Source: Lama guanicoe
Taxonomy: Eukaryota
Length of the DNA: 64,000 nt
Assembly: GCA_013239625.1 (NCBI GenBank)
Contig: MU054391.1
Span: forward strand, 1,486,711-1,550,710
Direction: 5' to 3'
The position numbers were made by a program, and so were the translations under genes. Of this stretch, positions 36,401 to 49,600 are shown piece after piece. Position 1 is the first letter of the stretch. Each line of letters opens with the position of its first letter. The notes under the pieces were generated by a model. That model did not search any database. It saw only the letters and a list, made by a program, of their open reading frames with translations, and was not told the DNA's origin.

Positions 36401-39400
36401 GTCTCCTCCGTGTGCCCATGACCCTGACCCCCCACGGCCCCTTAGCCTCTGGCCCATGCCTGCCCCAGCCGATTCCAGGGAAACCTGAAAGTGTAAACTA
36501 GAGGCGCCATCCATACACTGTAACTGATGGAAACTACCAAAGAGCAGAGGCTGCGTCTCTGCTGTCACAGGCTGGACGGCCCGGGGCCCTGCAGGCAGCC
36601 AGACCCAACGCTGATGGCAAGCACGAGCCCTCCCGGGTCAGCACCTGCTTTCTCTCTCACACACACAGCTTTTAAATGCGCGCTTCCTCTTTCTCGTAGA
36701 AAGAAGCCTTTTGAGAGCTCAGGAAACACTCGCTTGCTAAACACCTCCCCTCAGTCCACTTTGCATCTAATAGGTTTTTTCCAAGATCCACCTGGAAAAT
36801 TTAAAAGTACTAGTTGTCCCCAATATTTAGAAAACCAAAAGGCATGAGCAGTTATTGTGCTATGATATCAAGCTATGGAACCTAGTAAGTAAGTTACTAT
36901 ACTCCACGTTTTCTTAGAGATCATGGCTTCTTTCTCAAAAACAAATACCCTGAAACGAGAACTCAGATGCCCGCTGTCTCCGCGCCGTGGGTCTAGGGGC
37001 ATTATTGTGGTAACAACGCAGAGTCTGCTCGAAACATTCCAGAATGCCTCTTTAGGAGTCTCCTAAGAAAACCAGTTTTCAGAGTTTTAACATGTTTTCC
37101 ACTAACCAGCTTTACTTTATAAAGCTTGGTTAACTATCTAATTTACTAGATTTTGCTCCAAAGAACTTTGGACTGTTTCCTAAAATCAAATCCACCCTCA
37201 CAGGACAAAATCTCCCTGGAGATGGGGAGGTCAAGGGAAGGAGGAATCCCAGCGCAGGGAAGTGGGGAGCCGGGCTGCTGGTCCCCAGGATCACCCCTGC
37301 CTGGCTGTGTCCTCACACAGCAGACAGGCCCTGCGCTCCCAGGCACAGTGGGCAACATGCAGCATTTAACGCTCTCCAGTCACTGCCAGTTCCTTCCGCC
37401 AATGTGTCCCTGCTCCTCCGTGGTTCCTTCTAAAGCTGGGACCAGAAACCCTGACCAACACCCCTGGCTTCCTCCAAACAAATGCTCCCTGGGTAAACAC
37501 CCTCAGGCCCTGCGCCCAAGCAGGTGACACCAGTTTCCTCTTCCAGGGGCTCCTGCACGGACAGGCAGCGGCGGGGGCAGTCAGTTCCCACGGCCACCTC
37601 TCCCCTCTTCCGTTGGCTCTGCCGCCCCCACACCTCGAGAGAAGCTGCTTATTTCTGCAGCCAGCGAAAGCTGCCAGGACCCAGAGATGCGCGAGTGCAC
37701 ACCCAAATGGGGAGGCCCTGCTCTGCCTTCACTGGTGTCTGGGACCCCATGGAGCTCCCCCAACAGGCCTCCCCTGGGCTCTGCTAATGATTATAAATGG
37801 CAAAGAGCCTCCAATTTAATTGCAAAAGGTAATGATGCAGTGAGCATAAGATTAGATTCACCAAAGAAGGCAATATCCTCAAACAATAAAAAAAAAAAAA
37901 TCGTGGAGCCGGGCGTGAAGACGGTCGAAATCGATAGGAAGGGAGGGTGTGAGACACGGCGGCCAGAACCACAGAGAGGTATCGACAGAACTGCTGACAG
38001 CAGATAAAAAGGGGGAGAGAAAACCAAATTGGTCTCTGCAGAAAATAAGTTACAGATTAATCACCCTACCGTAAAATCATTTTGAGATGACTGAGGGTCT
38101 GAAGACGCGCTCACAGTCTGATTACAGGACGGGACGGCGGAGTCGGGGCACCGAGCGCCCACTGAATCCTAATGCAGTCGGAGCCGCCGTTTCCTCCCGG
38201 GGTCGCCTGCCAGGCGGGGCAGCAGGTGCTCAGAGGCTCCAAGCACCCTCTGGACCAGGGCCGAGCCGCCCGCCCCACGCCTGCCACGAGGCCTGGCACT
38301 GTGACAGGAAAGCGCTGTTCCCTCTGTCTTCAGCGCGCAGTTTTCAGGAACACCTCCTGAGGGAGGGGGCAGGAGAGGGCCCCCTGGACTCCGACCAGAT
38401 GCCCCAACAGGTCCCCTGGGAGGGGGGTGCTGTACAAGCGTCCAGCCCAGACCTGCAGGGGCTGCAGGGACAATCCGAGGCACTCAGCTTCCTTCCAGTT
38501 TCCTGCTTCCGCCTGAAAGTTCAGGTGAAATTCGCATCTCCTCCAGGATACAGAGCTGTGTCCTACTTTGTAGCATCTTAATAAAAACAGTGACCTTTTT
38601 TCTGAAGTATTATTAGTGTGCTAGGAAAACAGGCCAACTCAACCTCACACTGAGGCCTGGGAGACACCCTTCTGACCGTGAAGCTTTAAGACCCTAGCAG
38701 GTCACTTCAGATTTTGAAAGCGTGAATTTTCTGCCACATGCTGATAATGATAAACCATTACTCACGCATCTCCTCGACCAGAGGGTGACGAAGGGGTTGT
38801 CAGCGCTGCAGGTGCCACGGGGGAGAAGAGCTAAAGGCGCCCCAGGCACACGCGGACAGAGGCGAGATTCACGTACCCCTACGAAGCCCACGCCACAGAC
38901 ACCCCCAGCCCCTCCCGACCACGTGCCGCAGTCTGGCCCCTAGGGGTGCGTGGCATTACAGGCTTTATCGTTTCAAATTTCTTTATTTTCTCTCTAAAGT
39001 TGTTGCTCTGACATTCAACTGCAATGAAATCATGAATGCATGTAAACACATTTTATGAGCAGAAATGTTAAGGAATCAGATATGAAAAAATATATACCAA
39101 TTGGTAGAATATTTACTCCAGGAAAGACAAAGTATTTGAAGTGATGAATGTCTGAAAGCCAAACTGGTTCCCACGAAAGGTGATGCCAAGCATTAAACAG
39201 GCCTGGAGATGAACAGGCCCGTTGAGAGGGGCGTCACCTTCTGGTCGGGGAGGACCTGCAGACAGAGCTACTCTCCATCCTTGAGGACGGGGCTCCGTAG
39301 GTGACTGACAGGGCAGGACAGGAGACAGCCTCCGTGTGGGTCAGCGACCCAGGGACCACGTGTACGGAGCAGCTGACACGTCTGATGGCTAAACCTCAGG

Positions 39401-39576
39401 ACCTTGCCTGCCAGTGAGTGAAGGAGGGGAGGGGCAAGGGGAAAGGTCCCCATGTCACAGTCAACATACTTCCACGAGCTAGTCAACACCAGGAAATCTG
39501 CATTTGACGACTGCTCCTACCTAAAAGGTGATCTTAACCAAAGAGATGTTGAAAATCCATTCATTAAAAAGACATA

Positions 39577-40389
39577 TACTTGACAGAATGGCCATCATTC
39601 AAAAATCCACAAATGATAAATGCTGGAGGGGGTGTGGGAAAAAGGGAACCCTCCTACACTGCTGGTGGGAATGCAGTTTGGTGCAGCCACTGTGGAAAAC
39701 AGTATGGAGATTCCTCAAAAGACTAGAAATAGACTTACCATATGACCCAGGAATCCCGCTCCTGGGCATATACCCAGAAGGAACCCTGCTCCAAAATGAC
39801 ACCTGCACCCCAGTGTTCATAGCAGCACTGTTTACAATAGCCAAGACATGGAAACGGCCTAAATGTCCATCAACAGGTGACTGGATAAAGAAGTTGTGGT
39901 ATATATACACCGTGGGATACCACTCAGCCATAAAAAAGAATAAAACATTGCCATTTGCGGCAACACGGATGGACCCAGGGATTATCATACTAAGTGAAGC
40001 AGGTCAGGCAGAGAAAGACAAACCAAATTATATCGAACTCACATGTGGAGTCTAAAAAACAAACAAAACCCCACAAATGAGCTCGTTTACAAGGCAGAAA
40101 CAGACTCATAGACATAGAAAGCACACCTATGGCTCCAGGGAGGAGAGGGTGGGAAGGGACAAGCTGGGAGTCTGCGATTTGCAGATACTAACTGCTGTAT
40201 ATAAAACAGATGAACAACCAGTTTATACTGCACAGCACAAGGGATGACACTCAGCACCCTGTAATAGCCTGTAAGGGAAAACAATATGAAAACGAGTATG
40301 TGTATTATATGTATGACTGAAACATGGTGCTGTACACCAGGGATGGACACAGCACTGTAAACTGACTGTGCTTCAATTTAAAAAAAAAA
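39577..40389 (+). mobile_element. 5'-truncated lineage-specific LINE-1 (ORF2 C-terminus, 3' UTR, polyA), antisense in EIPR1 intron 5
   Basis: ORF 39528-40055 contains the L1 ORF2 cysteine-rich region (CWRGC...HCWWEC...[11 protein letters not shown]). PolyA at 40380-40389. TSD AAAAAGACATA at 39566-39576 and 40385-40395 at a TT/AAAA endonuclease site. Confidence 0.95.
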
Positions 40390-40709
40390 GACATAACCCT
40401 TGACACAGAAGCATATACTTTTGGCTATCTCACTAACTCTTCTGGACAAATTAATGGCCAAAGGGGGTAGTTTCGTCAACTTCCAGATTCTGTGTTGTAT
40501 TTGTACACAGCCTTGAGGCCCAAATCCCAAACAGCTTTTGCCTGAAAGAGCCACTCACTCAGTTCTCTGACTGATGATTCAGTGCGTTCATTAATTAGCC
40601 CGCAATCAATGCCAAAATCCTAAACCTATACGAATCAGGCCGCGGACCCGGTGACCAGCCGAAGACCGAGGGACAGCACGCGAGGCCAAGCTGGCGGCCC
40701 GTCACTCAC

Positions 40710-40809
40710 CGCCGCCCGGCTGCCGCTCTCCTGCAGATCCCAGAGCAGGACGTGGTTGTCGGCCAGCGAGACGACTCTCCCCCCGGGGCCCGCCGGCTCC
40801 CACACGACG
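40710..40809 (-). CDS. EIPR1: EIPR1 coding exon 5 (100 nt)
   Basis: Acceptor cctgcag|C, donor GCG|gtgagt. Encodes [33 protein letters not shown] (WD40 repeat), in frame with exons 4 and 6. Confidence 0.96.
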
Positions 40810-40971
40810 CTGCAGGAGGAGAAAGGAGAGCTCATTAGGCGGGTGCCCGCACCCCACCCTCCAGACCGGGGCTTTCACACATGCCCTCCCCCGGCCAGCA
40901 GGGCCCCTCCAGCCTCGTCACCAGCCGGGTGGCAGCAGCGCTCTCCCTGACGTTGCGCGGCGCTAACGCCC

Positions 40972-42036
40972 TGCGGCGGACAGGCATCCAGCCCTCCTCT
41001 CAGAGTCACCTGGTGTGTGCATGGGGGGTGGGGGGGACCTGGGAAGTGATTATGGTTCCACAAGCGCTGGAGGGCGGGCCGCGTGGTGGGAATAGTGCCC
41101 ACACACGGCCAGACACTAGACTCTGCGAGCTCTCGGTCCCCAGTCGTGCATATCTGTCTTTGTCTCTCCCTGTGATCTGTCTCTCTCCCTGTGATCTCTG
41201 TCTCTCCCTGTGATGTGTCTCTCTCCCTGTGATCTCTGTCTCTCCCTGTGATCTGTCTCTCCCTGTGATCTCTGTCTCTCTCCCTGTGATCTGTCTCTCC
41301 CTGTGATCTCTGTCTCTCCCTGTGATCTCTGTCTCTCTCCCTGCAATCTCTGTCTCTCCCTGTGATCTCTGTCTCTCTCTCTGTGATCTCTGTCTCTCTC
41401 CCTGCAATCTCTGTCTCTCCCTGTGATCTCTCTCCCTGTGATCTCTGTCTCTCTCCGTGCAATCTCTGTCTCTCCCTGTGATCTCTGTCTCTCTCCCTGT
41501 GATCTCTATGTCTCTCTCCTGTGATCTCTGTCTCTCCCTGTGATCTCTGTCTCTCTCCCTGTGATCTGTCTCTCCCTGTGATCTCTGTCTCTCTCCCTGC
41601 AATCTCTGTCTCTCCCTGTGATCTCTGTCTCTCTCCCTGCAATTTCTGTCTCTCCCTGTGATCTCTCTCCCTGTGATCTCTGTCTCTCTCCCTGTGATCT
41701 CTGTCTCTCTCCCTGCAATCTCTGTCTGTCCCTGTGATCTCTGTCTCTCTCCCTGTGATCTCTGTCTCTCTCCCTGCAATCTCTGTCTCTCCCTGTGATC
41801 TCTGTCTCTCCCTGTGATCTCTGTCTCTCTACCTGTGATCTGTCTCTATATTTCTATACCCTCCTTCCCTGCCATGTGAACGCACCGTGCGAGGTGGCAT
41901 TTGTAAGTCAGGAAGAGAGCTCTTCCCAGCACCCTGATCTCAGACATCCAGCCTCCAGAGCTGTTAAGAAGTCAGCATTTCCGCTGTTTAAGCCCCAGCT
42001 GTGGGCTTTCGTTATGACACCTGAGCTGACGAGACA
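40972..42036 (+). mobile_element. MaLR LTR (MLT1A-like) split by a minisatellite
   Basis: 5' part: gggaagtgatta...gtgggaatagtgccc...agacactaga. 3' part: ctgccatgtga...ccagcctccagagctgttaagaa...tgtttaagcc...gttatgaca...gagaca. Confidence 0.7.
41152..41847. repeat. Minisatellite (VNTR), roughly 35 copies of a variable unit, mostly 17-21 bp, CTCTGTCTCT(CT)CCCTG(TG/CA)AT
   Basis: Directly visible tandem array. It explains the repetitive QGERQRS/HRERDRD ORFs. Confidence 0.97.
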
Positions 42037-43058
42037 CTGCAGACAGGGTCTCCCGGCCCCTGGGGAGCTGACCGACTCTAGCCGGAGATGTGAAGGGGCC
42101 TGATAGGGGCTGGGTCTGAAGGGACACAGACAGACGGCGTGACTGGGGAAAGGATGCCCGCGTCTCTCGCAGCATCTCCTGGGAGGCGGAGCTGAGATCG
42201 GCGGAGAGGGGGCATCACATCCCTGAGGTGCCCAGCAGCTCAGCATGCCCTGCCTGAGCTGCCAGACACTGTCCAATGTCTCAGCAGCGTGAGCCAGTTT
42301 CCTGTTACCTGCAGCCAAAACCATCCTAACGGTGCAAGCACATTCGAATAACTAACTAAAGACACACATCACACCACCGTGATAAAGGACAAAGGGGGCA
42401 AGACTTTCTCAGTTTGATCACAAGTAGGAATTTCTGCCTTCCCGGCTGCAACTCCCGAGTGCTCATAAACAGGAGAGTCCCACTCCGCGTCCCCTGACAC
42501 CTGAGGAACTGAAGATGCCAATAAAGACCCTCGCTATTTCCTTCTCAAACAGAACACAACGCTGACTGATGGAGCGCACCTCCCCAACACCATCCTGCAA
42601 GACTGTGAGTGAGCCGTTACTACTTTTATCACGTCAGTGTAATTCAGGACCACAACTTCTTTCTCATTCATAGTTTAAGACACACAGAGTTCATAGCTCT
42701 GTGACCACAGGTACATGGTGCCTCTGTCAGCCCAAGAGCTTTTCTAATAACACTGAAAAATGCACAATATCCAGTAAACAGAATTAAAATACCATGGCCA
42801 GAAGAGATGCCAAGAAACCTGGTTCTAAAATCTGTTGTGCCTATTTGGTTAAGACACTGGCAGTTCTGATCTGAAGACAATTTTTTGGAGCAAGATGACT
42901 GAACTTCTCTTGGCAGCCTGTTCACACAGGGACACTTATGTAGAGTTCAGACAGCCGACAATGGATGCCAAGGAAAATACAAAACAGGGAAGAGGGTGCA
43001 GGGCCACCATAGCCCCGTCCTGGCGGAGGGTAAGCCCTTGTCTGTGCTGGGCACGTCC

Positions 43059-43413
43059 TGTCTTGGCCCCTCGGCTGCTGTGACAGAACACCTCAGACTG
43101 GGGACTTAACCCCCAGAGGCTGATCTCTCACACTCTGGAGGCTAGAAGTCGGAGACCAGGGTGCCAGCGTGGTGGGACTCTGGTGGGGACCCTCCACACG
43201 GCCTGCCCTGCACACAGTCGCCTTCTCCCTGTCCTCACAGCACAGAGAGCAGAGGGGAAGCTCCGAGTCTCTCTCCTGAGGGCACTAGCCATCTGAGAGA
43301 GAGCTCCACCCTCCGGACCGCGTCGCCTCCCAAAGGCCCCACAAAGGCCAACACACTGGAGACGAGGGTTTCAACACATGAACTCGGGAGAACAGCAAAT
43401 GCAGCTCCTAACA
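43059..43413 (-). mobile_element. MaLR solo LTR (MLT1A/B-like)
   Basis: tctcacactctggaggctagaagtc...cctcccaaaggccccac...gggtttcaacacatgaa is the reverse complement of the MLT1 pattern and resembles 21583-21904. Confidence 0.8.
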
Positions 43414-43490
43414 CCCTACAACAGGGACAGGAAACTCAGATCCATCTACAGGCTCCTCACCAGCTCTCACTTGTAACTCCTGCCCCCTAG

Positions 43491-43668
43491 TGCACACACA
43501 CGCACACACAGTCACACAGACACACGCAGATGCACATACACACACGCACACATAGACACAAGCACATACAAACACATGCACACAAACACACACAGACACA
43601 TAGACACAGACACAGACACAGACACACACAGACACACGCGCACATAGACACACACACGCACACACACA
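43491..43668. repeat. Degenerate (CA)n microsatellite
   Basis: Directly visible. Confidence 0.95.
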
Positions 43669-46600
43669 GAAGAGCCAGGACGAGGAGGAACTCCCCAACA
43701 CTCAGCACGATGACAACCTGAGAGCCATCACACAGACGTGGGATTTTCAGCGGAAGCCCCAGAAAGCCAGAGATGCCCAGGGCACTGACGCCACAGGGTA
43801 AGAATTAGCCAGTGCAATGCCGAAGACTGGCCGCCCCCCCATCACGTGCAGGCCCTCCCTGTCCTCCCAAAGGCCATCGTTAATGACACACCAGCCTCGG
43901 ACACCACCTCTGGGCCATAAGCATCTGACTTCGGTTCCGCAGCCAGATTAAAGGCTCCTGGAGAGAAGGCCCCATTTATTAAAAACCTACTCCATTCTCC
44001 AGTGACCAGCAATGTTCGGGGCCCATGGCACTGAATTCATACTTGCTCATGAATTCCAGGTAAGAGACAAGAATTCCAGTAAGAGTGGAGACACCACATT
44101 CCAAAAAATGAGACCACTTTAAAGTGCATTTAGTTAACCATTAGCACACTAGGGTTTGGAGGACAGCCAGCAACCCTGAAACGAGAGCAAGAAGGAAAAG
44201 CGTTAGGCTCCACGCCGGCAAGACCCCTCCTCCTGCCGCCCGCCCGTGGCTCTGGGTCCTCGGGAGAAGGGGACCGTGGCTGTGAGGGCCAGGGCGCTGG
44301 TGAGGAGGGGCGGGGTGCCAGGGCAAGCCGTCAAGGCGATGACACGACGGCCATGGGGGGGCGGGGGGAGACCCGGGCCCCTGGGCCCTTGGCGTGGCCG
44401 AGCCGGCACAGCGCACCCGCCGGCGCGAGAACGGTCCTGACCGCGCGGCCGGCGAGCCCCGCGGCGGAGCGGAGTGAGTGTGCCTTAAAAACAGTAAAGG
44501 TCAAAATCGGTTTTAGAAAATTTTCCATCTAATACGGGTTGTTTTAAAGCCTTGATGTTTTAACTTTGACGAACCTCAGTGATCAGGAAAACTCAAGTTA
44601 TTCAGAAGTGCCACTCTTAAGGTTTCAGGTGGCTAAGTTTTAAATCAGAAATTCAAACAGCAAAACTGAGTTAGCTTCATGAGGAAATACAGTGCCCGTG
44701 AATCTGCATTATATCTTCCCACAGATAAAAGCTGATCCTAGCAACCTCCCGTGTGGGACATCGCAGGTGGGGACACCGTGGGTTAAAGGCATTTCACAGC
44801 GGACAGTCAGACAGCGTCACAGAAGGGCTCAGAGGCCAAGCCCGCACACGCCCCACCCACCACGCACACCCCCAGGCCCACTGCTGCCAGAACACTCTGC
44901 CCGGGGGGCTCCACCCTAGCTGAGAAATGCCTTCCCTGCGCCCCCCCACCTCCCTGAACAACACCAGACACTCAGGGGTCAGGGGCACGTGTGTATGGCA
45001 GGCCTGGTACATTCTAGAGCATCTACAGAGGGTCAGATCCATGGACACACGGGGGGCCGGACGTCCTGGGGCACCTAGAGTCAGGAGTACGCACACAAGG
45101 TGCGTTCGGAGCATCGGTGATGTGGACCAGGGGGCTCCAGCCAACACCAGGCGTCCCCGAGAACGGGCTCCAAGTCCTCTTGCTTCCTTCTGCTCGGGGG
45201 ACGCATGCTCACACACCTACACAGGCATCAGCCCAAGCTGCAGACCCCAAACTGCTCGCACACTCACTCTAGAGCCAAATCCAACAGCAGGAAGGCATTG
45301 GGAGGAGCCCGCCTGCTTCACAGAATATTCTCCCTCCAGACGCAGCCCGGGCAGGGCCCCCTCCCGCCCCTGACTTACAGACAGGGGTCCCCCGGTCCAG
45401 CTCTGCCCCAGGAGTGGAAGTGAAGGCGTGATGGCTTGCAGTCCCCCTCATCACCCCCAGCACGGTTCCGTTTGCCTCTGTGTGGCCGCGTCTCCCTGGG
45501 ACAAGGCTTGCATTTCACAGCCACATTGTCAGAGGAAACAATCAAATGAATTTCAAATGTTTATAGAAGTAACTTTTTATATCGGAGAAGGAAAATATAT
45601 ATGTAGTTCAAAAAGAAGAAAACAAAGAGCTTAAAGAACACAAGAGGCAATGCTGATTTGCTTCAGGAGAAACCCTGGCTTCAGTGCTCACTGGTGACAG
45701 GTTTAAGAGATGCTTCATCAGGGGAACAGTCTCCTGCCACCTCTGGAGGTCACAGTGAATGACACACGGTCGCTGCTGCAAAGACACAGGAAAGCGGAAA
45801 ACACTGGGGTTGTGAGGAGGCCTTCCTCCGCAATTCTGACAGTCTACGGCCGGGACCCACACAGGAGCCGACCCCAGGTGACCAAGCCCGAAAGCCTGGG
45901 GCCCGGACAGCGGGGCGCATGGTGGTGTCGCGGGGAGACCGGTCTATGAGACCAGCTGCCCAACTGCCGAGTTCCCAGAAGAAGTCTCAGTGGCTGTGTG
46001 TTCTGAGAGTAGTCACGACCGTGGCCTGCAGCACCGCGATCCTCAGTGGAGATAAACGTCCGGGAAGGGGGGGTCCTGAGAGGAAATGCACGCGGCCTTT
46101 GCCTCTCCCCGGGCTTCCCGCTCTTTGTGACCCTCGCCTCGCCCCTGTCACACACCGGCCTCTTGTCCCACAACTTCCGTCCACGGGACGCTTCACAAAT
46201 GAAGGCCCTCCGACCTTCCCAGGGGGGACAGCCCGGACAGTCCACACCAGCACCACGGCCTCGCTGACGGCAAGAGCCCCTCAGGCGCCGAACTGTCTGC
46301 AAATGAGACGCTGCGTGTCACGCAGCCCGACTGCTGAGGGAGGCTTGTCTGTTGTCCACCCCGGGCGGCACGTCCGAAAACGCGTGCAGCTCGTTTACAG
46401 GCAGCGACCCCTCCGGTCTCAGTGCTGGGACCGGCAGAGGACGCAGAGTGCGATGGAGAGGGGAGACCTCTCGCCTCGTGGACCGTCACCACGAGCCCAG
46501 GGCCACAAACTTGAGAAAGAACCCAGTTCCTGCCGCCCTTGCTGCTCCGAACCAGGAAGTTTACTTCTCTGCGTGTGAACATCGTCCACGGTTCTGCTTC

Positions 46601-49600
46601 ATCACGCGCGACGGTGAGTGTGAGCGGACGTGGAACTGCGCTCTCAAGTCGGGACCAAGGCAGCACAGACCTCATGTACACGCACGTTGCCCCCCCTCAC
46701 GGGCACTGAAAGAAAAACACAGAGAAGGCCTGCTTCTGTGAATACACCCAAACGAAAAACGTGAACAACTTCGAGGCAGTTCACAAGGACCACGCCAGCA
46801 GGAAAGTTCAGGTAAGGGATTCCAGAACAAACGGCTCAGACTCTGGATCTTGGCACCCGCGGTGAGGACGCTCAAGGGACACTGAGAAACTCCTAAAACC
46901 ACCTCAATACACAACCATCATTTGCGTATCCTCCCATTCCCTGCAGTCCCCGCGGGAGCGAGGTGGGGGGCCAGGCAGTCCGCCCTCGGGGCCGTGCTAA
47001 CTCCTAAAGACGGAAACCAAGCCTCAGCACACGAGGGGTGCGGGGCTGAGACCACCTGTTGGATGGCATTCCAAAACTCGCCACATTTATTGCTTCACTG
47101 AGAAAGGGAAAACCTTAAGAAACTTATCTATTAAACCATCAGTGATGAAGTCGGAGATTATCAGTCAAATTTTGAAATCCTTTACAAAAAGAACCTAAGA
47201 AGTTATCTCCCCAGTTTGTATCTCTCTCTCTTCAAACACACAGATTTGGCAGCCTGGTCGATTTCTTCCTGCTCCGAAATTCACAGCGGAACTCGAGACG
47301 GCTTTTCACAACTGCTACAAGCATGAAAAAAGCGCGCTCTAAGAGGCGCGCCATTAAGTCGAGAAGCTCACCGTGACCAGATGCGAGGATGTGAGGTTTC
47401 CTGGCGGCCATGACACACAGAGACACCTGAAGTGACAGAACCGTCCGCAGGCACCACCTGGGACCCCTTTCTGACGGACACGCGTGCAACTCTGGGCGCT
47501 GGTGACTCAGTGACTGGAAGTCTGCATCTACTGCATCTCCACCAGCCACGCACATCTCAACAAGATCGTGCGCGCGCACTCACAGCTCAGCGCTGGGAAG
47601 CGTGTGGGCTGGAGACCTGCCTCCTCAAAAGCCTCCCTCGGGCGGGGCACGTCCGAGGCCCAGGATCTACCACAACGTGGGGTGGACACGGGAGCCGGCG
47701 GACACCACCCACTGCACTCCCTGGGGCGCTCCTGACCGGTGCTCCCACCCCAGAGAGAGCTGGGCCCACAACACCGAGATGACTGACTCCCGCACCCCGA
47801 AGCCCCGAGCTCACAGGCCTGCCTGCTGGGTGCTCACTGCAGACTCCCCAAGACGGTGCAGATGGGGTGGGTGCCACGCAGTCAGTGGCCAGTCCAAGAA
47901 GTTCAAGGCTTCTGCTCCTGTGTCTGACCAGCAAGTTCAAAGCTAGCCTGGAAGCCCAACCCACTCTGAAATAAAGCACCGTCCGAATTCCGATCAGCAG
48001 GCTGGGCTCCCCTCCGCCTCCTCCTCCCACACTCTATTTTTCAAACAGTAGAAGAAAAACCAACGATAGTTGAAAACTCTCACAGCCGGGTCAGTGGCCC
48101 TTCAGATTTAAATTTTTAATGATTAAAATTATTTAAACCTCAAGTGTAAATAATCACAAACAGAACTTCAAAAAAGACGCCCTTGTGAACTGTCCCCTGG
48201 ACACAGTGGTGTGTATCTGCCCAGCACATTCTGGGGAAGACCCTCTGGGCTCCTGAGGGGACCAACCGAGGCACTTCGCACCCTGCTGTCTAATGGGAAC
48301 TTAAACTGGAGTCTCAGAAAGGATACGAATTTATCCTGCACTGTAAATACTTACACCCTCTGCACCGTGTGTCCAGATTCCGCAGTCTGGCTCCTCCCGG
48401 GCAAGCTGTACCTACACACTGTGTCTTACTATCTCCTCCTCACCACCCCTTTCTTAGTTTCAGTTACCCTCACGAGGGACAAGGGCGGCTCAGACAGCCA
48501 CCTCGTCTGACAACGGAGACTTTAACCAAAGTGAAAGAGGAAGACATCTTTACATTGTCCTGTAATACCACAGCCTGTCCTTTTCCTACACAAAATTAGG
48601 GGTTTGGGGCATCATTCCGGCTTCTTTTAAAGCCGGCGGGCATCTTCAGTAATGAACCAGTAACTAGGGAAGCAACTTCAGGGCTCCCGTTTAAAAATCT
48701 CACGCCTCGGTGCATCTAGGTCAGGTGCAGCCAGAAAGCACGAACGTGGATCTTGCAAAACCTGACAAACACTCAGTGAGGACACTGTCGTACTCACAGC
48801 GGATTTTCCACTGTCACTAACAGGAGAGTCATACCACAGGATCTTTACAAATTTCAAACTTCTTTTTCGACTTATCCTCTGACACAACTTCTGTAAGATA
48901 CTAAGGGTAGCTTTGAATTTACTCTTCGTAACATTCACCTGAGCCAACTCACACGGTTCTGTCACACCGAACTAAAAAGAAGAAACAAAAAATCAGAGAT
49001 GAGGCCAAACTCTTTCTCTGGCCAAACCACCTCAAGCATCTGGGGGACCCACACAAGTCTCTTTTCTTGTGTTTCTTCTCCAAGCCCAACACCAATGCTT
49101 ATGCCTTTTTCCTTTCTCTAGCAATACTGGTAATGTGTGCACCCACTTCCGGGATTCCCAGCGACTCTCAGCCTGGCATTTCAGAGTGACATTTACCTCC
49201 ATCAACACTGAAGAGGTACCTTTCCCCCAAAGTTCACTCAGAAGGCAAACGTCGGTGGTCACTGCGTCCAAGTGCCGAGGGCATCTGCAACATGAGAGCA
49301 ACACCCGGGTGCCCGCTGCGCCGACTCCTCGCGCCCCGCCCCGCCCCGGGTGGGGAAAGTGTGTGAAGGAGCCTGCGGCTGACTGTCGGTAATTTCACTT
49401 CCATCCCCCAGAGCTGCTGGTCTCTGATTTTAGTCACTTCTCCTTTAAGGAGATGTTCCCCATCCAGGAAACACAGCAGTCTGTGCGACTGCTCCTGACC
49501 CACCACCTGGGAACTGGCGCGCTGTTCCCGTGATCTTGACTTTGCTTCCACTCTCCAGCAGGGAGCATTAATCTACAGCCACGGTGCGTCACTCCTCAAC

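Noticed and set aside
39528..40055. 175-aa ORF as a host gene
   Set aside because: It is the C-terminus of a truncated L1 ORF2, and the ORF start lies outside the element.
40875..41779. 255- and 257-aa Arg/Glu/Gln-rich ORFs; CRISPR-like array
   Set aside because: These are translations of a minisatellite. The units are adjacent with no unique spacers, and the context is eukaryotic.
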